Position numbers and translations under genes: made by a program. Below the pieces are notes generated by a model. It searched no databases. It saw only the letters and a list, made by a program, of their open reading frames with translations, and was not told the DNA's origin. Below are positions 59,909-64,000 of a DNA stretch of 64,000 bases, piece after piece (position 1 is the stretch's first letter; the number at the start of each line of letters is the position of its first letter). Source of the stretch: an uncultured Gemmatimonadales bacterium (GTDB taxonomy: Bacteria; Gemmatimonadota; Gemmatimonadetes; Gemmatimonadales; Gemmatimonadaceae); contig CAVPQB010000006.1 in NCBI GenBank assembly GCA_963707505.1, forward strand, positions 512,001 to 576,000, read 5' to 3'.

Positions 59909-60564
59909 GCGCAGCCACCATTCGCGTAATTCTCGCCGACGATCACGCCGTCGTCCGTGCAGGACTCAGGGCGGTGCTCGGCGCTGCACCTGACATCGAT
60001 GTGATTGGCGAAGCCTCCAACGGAGCCGAAGCCGTGCAGCTCGCCGGTACTCTCGATCCTGACGTCGTGGTCATGGATCTGACGATGGATGGCATGGACG
60101 GTACCGCCGCAACGCGCGAGATCGTCGCGAAGCACCTGCGCGCGCGCGTGCTCGTGCTTACGATGCACGCCGAGGAAGACTATCTCATTCCCGTGCTCGA
60201 AGCGGGCGCGGCCGGCTATCTGATGAAGAATGCCGCCGATCGTGAACTGGTCGATGCCGTCCGCACCGTTGCACGCGGCGACATGTTCATACGCCCGAGC
60301 GCCGCCAAGATTCTCGCGCAGGGTATAACTAAGAAGGATCCACTGAACGCCGACCGCACTCGCTTCGAGCGCCTGACAGATCGCGAGCAGAACGTCCTGC
60401 GCCTGACGGCGCAGGGATATTCTGCACCGGAGATAGGTGAGCGGTTATTCATCAGTCCCAAGACAGTCGATACATACAAGCAACGCATAGGCGACAAGCT
60501 TGGGCTCACTCACCGCGCCGAATACATCGCGTTCGCGCTGAAATTGGGATTGTTGACGGAGTAG
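59905..60564 (+). CDS. NarL/LuxR-family response regulator
   Basis: LADDHAVVRAG, VVMDL, GYLMK, LTDRE..ISPKTVDTY HTH. Confidence 0.95.
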   Translation: MSAATIRVILADDHAVVRAGLRAVLGAAPDIDVIGEASNGAEAVQLAGTLDPDVVVMDLTMDGMDGTAATREIVAKHLRARVLVLTMHAEEDYLIPVLEAGAAGYLMKNAADRELVDAVRTVARGDMFIRPSAAKILAQGITKKDPLNADRTRFERLTDREQNVLRLTAQGYSAPEIGERLFISPKTVDTYKQRIGDKLGLTHRAEYIAFALKLGLLTE

Positions 60565-60594
60565 CGACCGCACTCTCTCGCTCTGTCTCTCCCT

Positions 60595-63500
60595 CTACCG
60601 CTTCGCATCCAGCTGCGCCAACAGTGTTGCGACCGCGGCATCCAGCTGTGAGTCCTTACCAGAATAACTCTCGCCCATCGGACGCGTAACTTCCACGTCG
60701 ACCGGACGTGGATGCATCTCCATGTCCATTCCGTCGAGACTCGTAATTCGCGTCGATGGAAGTCGCTCAGTCGTGCCATCGATCAGCGTCGCCGCGGAGG
60801 TGAAGATGATCCAACCGCCAGTCGGCTCGCCAACCACCTTCCCGAGCTTGAGCGTGCGATAGCCCTGCGTAAAATCCTCGCCGTCACTCAGCGTGTGCTG
60901 ATTCGTCACGAGTATCGTCGGACGCTCAAGCGAGCGCTGGCCAAGCTGCGTGCGCGCCGACACCACGGGCCGGTCCCGACTCTCCATGTTAAGATACGGT
61001 TGCCGGGATAGTACATCCATCGCGTAGACATTGACGAACCCGCCATTGTTGTTCCGCACGTCTATCACGACTCCGTCGCGTTTCATGTTCTCCGCGTCGA
61101 GGTCGACGTACAACTGGTCCAGCGCGTTCTGCGACATGTCGTACATGTGTACGTAGCCAAGCCGGCCGTGACTCGCCTTCTCGACGTACGCTCGTCGTTG
61201 TTCCACCCACGCACGATACAGCAATCCCTTCTCCGTAGTCGTGTTCACCGGGAGCACCGCAACGTCGCGCGGGGCTCCGGACGCCGTAGCTGAAACGCCG
61301 AGCACTGTTCTCCGGCCTATCGTATAGGCGAGCAGCTGCTGAAGACTGGAGTGAGCGGAGAGCGGTGTGCCGTCCACGCTGCGCAGGTATTCGCCGACCT
61401 TTACGCCGGAAACCTCCGCCGGCGAAAGTGGAACCACCTGCGTGATGTGGAACACGCCATTTCGCTCGTACTCATCGCGATCGAAGTCGAGCCCAACTCG
61501 CCCTGCGTATGGAAGATGCGGAGCCTGTGCGCCGATTCCGGAATGGGACGAGTTCAGCTCGCCGACCATGAGCGACAGAATCCTGCGCATCTGCTCCGGT
61601 GTCTCCGCTCCCTCGATTCGCTGCGCGTATTCCGTACGCATCGCGTCCCAGTTTACACCGTTCATTTTGGGATTGAAGAAATTGTCGCGGAGATAACTCC
61701 ATGCTTCTGCGAAAACTTCCCGTTTCTCCTGCGAGAAGTCGACGTCCATCTCCGCCGACACTGCGAGTGGATGCGCCACGCGTGATTCGACCGTGATGGC
61801 GTTCATACGGCCGGATTCCAGGTAGAACACTTCCTTGCCGTCAGGTGACCATTGCGCGTCCGACTTGCGGCCCGGGCTCGACGTCAGTTGGCGAGCCACC
61901 GCGGGAGTCTTCGCGAGATCGTCCAGCGAATACGTGTACAGGTTTGTCTGACCCGCTGAGCCCGCCGTGAGCAACGCGGTTTTTCCATCGGGGCTCATCG
62001 ATACGTCGAAGACATCCACTTCCACTGGCAGTAGCGACAGACGATCGCGAATCTTCTCGAAGACGATATTCGTTGGCCTGAGCGGCGCCTTCGCACCATT
62101 GCGTCGCACGGGTTGCGAATCCGAGCTGGTGACACCGATCCTGCTCGTGTCGCTCGAATCCCGTGGCGTCGCTGGTTGCTGGCGCCGAGGCAGCGGCTGT
62201 ATTTGCGGAGTCGGAACGCGTGGGGATTCCTCGCGAAAGAGATCGTGGAACTGATCTTCGCGAAAGTGCGGCGTACGGGGAATGAGATCGATGCGCGCAA
62301 GCTGGCGCATCTCCGTTCTCTGTCCTGTCGAGAGCAGGATGTACGTGCCATCCCTGCTCCATGCGATCGCGTTGCTCGACGTATTCGCCAGAAAACTCAC
62401 TGGTTTGCTATCCCCGCCGGCAACACTCACGACCTGCACGTTGGAGAAATTTCTGGGACCTGCGTCCGGCGTGTATGCGATCCAGCGGCTGTCTGGCGAG
62501 AACGCCATATCGGATCTGCCCAGGAACGGCGGCCGATTCAACTCAGCGGTTGCGACCAGCCGATCGGTCATGCTCGGCATGTCGAGTACTCGCAGCTCGC
62601 GTGCATCACGCGTGTACGCGATGTGCGCGCCATCCGGTGACCATTCCGGGGATACGTCGCTTGAACCACCGTGCGTGAGCTGAGTTTCCCTGTTCGTGGT
62701 GAAGTCGTAACTGAAAAGATGTCTTGGACCGTCGCGATCGCTGGTGTACACGAGTCGCCTGCTGTCGGGAGCCCACTCCAGTTGATCTTCCGCAGCTGGC
62801 GTGTTGGTCACTCGAATCGCATCGCCTCCGTCCTTCGATGATGCGGCGAACATCTCGCCGTGCACGATGAACGCTACCTTTCTGCCATCCGGCGATAGCG
62901 CGAATCTCTGAATGCCGTTCGTAAATGTGCGATGCTCGGTGCCTGCAGCAGCAGGAGAACCGCGCAGCGTGATCGAAACCGCAGCGGCCTTGTGTGTGCC
63001 GACGTCGTAACGCCATATCCCAAAATTGCGCTCGAACACGATCGACTTTCCGTTGGCCGATATCGCGGGCCAGATCACGCGGCCGTCGGTGAACGTCGTC
63101 AGTTGCCGTGCAGTCGCATTCGCGGATGCGGATTGCTCCCACAGATTCGCGGTACCGCTCCGGTCCGACACGAAATAGATGGTCGCGCCGTCAGCACTCC
63201 ACATCGGCCAGCCACTCTTCGCGCCCATCGGAACGATGGGTGTGTAGGTCGGTGTCCCATGTACATCGCGAACGAGATCGATCTCGCTTTCATCCAGGTG
63301 GCTGTGACCCTTCCGCCACCACTGCCCACGAGAAACACCGCGCGCTGTGATCGCGAGTGCGCTGCCGTCAGGCGACGGCGCACCCCAGAATTCCGCTGCG
63401 TAGCGATCGCCTGCCACCGCCATCGGCGTGCCACCGTCGGAGTGCACGCGAAACTCGTCGCTCATTCCGGATATGTCGCTGCGGCCGGACGAGAAATACA

Positions 63501-63915
63501 GCCACGCGCCATCGTGCGACCACGCATCCAGCTGTTCTGCCTGATCATCGTATGTGATACGCTGCAGCTGCCCAGTCGCCAGCGTCAGCACGTATATGTC
63601 GCCGTTTCCCGTGCGCGTGGATACGAACGCGATGCGCGTACCATCCGGCGAATACAGCGGGCGCGATTCGTCCGCATCGTTCGACACCAGCAACCTCGCG
63701 TCGCCACCCTGCGCCGGCACCGTCCATATGTCGCCGGCCGAGACGAACGCAATCTCACTCCCATCCGGCGACAGACTCGGCTCCGCAAACGACGGGAGCG
63801 CAGTTGGAATGGGCGCAACGGGAGCGGTGGAACTGCGTTGCATCGGCATCTGTCCGCTCGGTAACGCAGCGATGGCGGCTGATGCGACGAGGATGACACG
63901 CGAGGGAAACAGCAT
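60595..63915 (-). CDS. Tricorn-like S41 peptidase (PD40 propellers, PDZ, protease domain)
   Basis: Repeated SPDG motifs, GELNSSH, LGYVHM, IDVRNNNGG, SDGEDF. Confidence 0.9.
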   Translation of the reverse strand: MLFPSRVILVASAAIAALPSGQMPMQRSSTAPVAPIPTALPSFAEPSLSPDGSEIAFVSAGDIWTVPAQGGDARLLVSNDADESRPLYSPDGTRIAFVSTRTGNGDIYVLTLATGQLQRITYDDQAEQLDAWSHDGAWLYFSSGRSDISGMSDEFRVHSDGGTPMAVAGDRYAAEFWGAPSPDGSALAITARGVSRGQWWRKGHSHLDESEIDLVRDVHGTPTYTPIVPMGAKSGWPMWSADGATIYFVSDRSGTANLWEQSASANATARQLTTFTDGRVIWPAISANGKSIVFERNFGIWRYDVGTHKAAAVSITLRGSPAAAGTEHRTFTNGIQRFALSPDGRKVAFIVHGEMFAASSKDGGDAIRVTNTPAAEDQLEWAPDSRRLVYTSDRDGPRHLFSYDFTTNRETQLTHGGSSDVSPEWSPDGAHIAYTRDARELRVLDMPSMTDRLVATAELNRPPFLGRSDMAFSPDSRWIAYTPDAGPRNFSNVQVVSVAGGDSKPVSFLANTSSNAIAWSRDGTYILLSTGQRTEMRQLARIDLIPRTPHFREDQFHDLFREESPRVPTPQIQPLPRRQQPATPRDSSDTSRIGVTSSDSQPVRRNGAKAPLRPTNIVFEKIRDRLSLLPVEVDVFDVSMSPDGKTALLTAGSAGQTNLYTYSLDDLAKTPAVARQLTSSPGRKSDAQWSPDGKEVFYLESGRMNAITVESRVAHPLAVSAEMDVDFSQEKREVFAEAWSYLRDNFFNPKMNGVNWDAMRTEYAQRIEGAETPEQMRRILSLMVGELNSSHSGIGAQAPHLPYAGRVGLDFDRDEYERNGVFHITQVVPLSPAEVSGVKVGEYLRSVDGTPLSAHSSLQQLLAYTIGRRTVLGVSATASGAPRDVAVLPVNTTTEKGLLYRAWVEQRRAYVEKASHGRLGYVHMYDMSQNALDQLYVDLDAENMKRDGVVIDVRNNNGGFVNVYAMDVLSRQPYLNMESRDRPVVSARTQLGQRSLERPTILVTNQHTLSDGEDFTQGYRTLKLGKVVGEPTGGWIIFTSAATLIDGTTERLPSTRITSLDGMDMEMHPRPVDVEVTRPMGESYSGKDSQLDAAVATLLAQLDAKR

Positions 63916-64000
63916 GGCGGGTTTGATTACCGAGTAAAAAAACGAAATGCCATCCGATCACCGAACGGGATCTTGGTACCGACTCCGTTGAACGGTATCC

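Noticed and set aside
1..64000. CRISPR array, IS/integrase, tRNA/rRNA, defence systems
   Set aside because: No repeat-spacer array, transposase motifs or structural RNA genes recognised by eye; the RCC1 and PD40 repeats are protein-level.

Overview
GC-rich bacterial window, by gene content and protein style most like Gemmatimonadota (inference). About 12.5-60.5 kb is a copper/haem-rich low-oxygen and nitrogen-oxide respiration island. It holds a clade II nosZ-nosB/D-nosF-nosY operon with a blue-copper lipoprotein and a P1B ATPase, a NirK-type nitrite reductase, a Tat two-domain multicopper oxidase, an orphan A1-type cytochrome oxidase subunit I, phosphoketolase-acetate kinase, two USPs, a tyrosine-decarboxylase-like enzyme, a YceI/porin/DUF3108 operon and an FTR1-cytochrome c fusion. 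It also holds a set of poorly characterised genes: DUF2249/DUF1858, DUF542, DUF59, a CxxC-less Mrp ATPase and three membrane proteins built from a heme-copper-oxidase-like HxH repeat. No NO reductase is visible. The strongest signal read from the raw DNA is a regulon: 15-bp T(A/C)xx-N7-xx(G/T)A boxes in 22-bp phased arrays in seven intergenic regions, with a TAnnnT -10 hexamer 31 bp from the proximal box centre in nine promoters. These are probably targets of the NarL-family two-component pair at 58.6-60.6 kb. A second motif, GTGAC-N4-GTCAC, matches the local Crp-family regulator. A TPP riboswitch precedes a TonB receptor. Several zones (6.9-7.3, 28.8-29.0, 33.6-38.1, 51.3-52.9 kb) are full of frameshifts that look like sequencing indels. 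No rRNA, tRNA, CRISPR array or mobile element was recognised.
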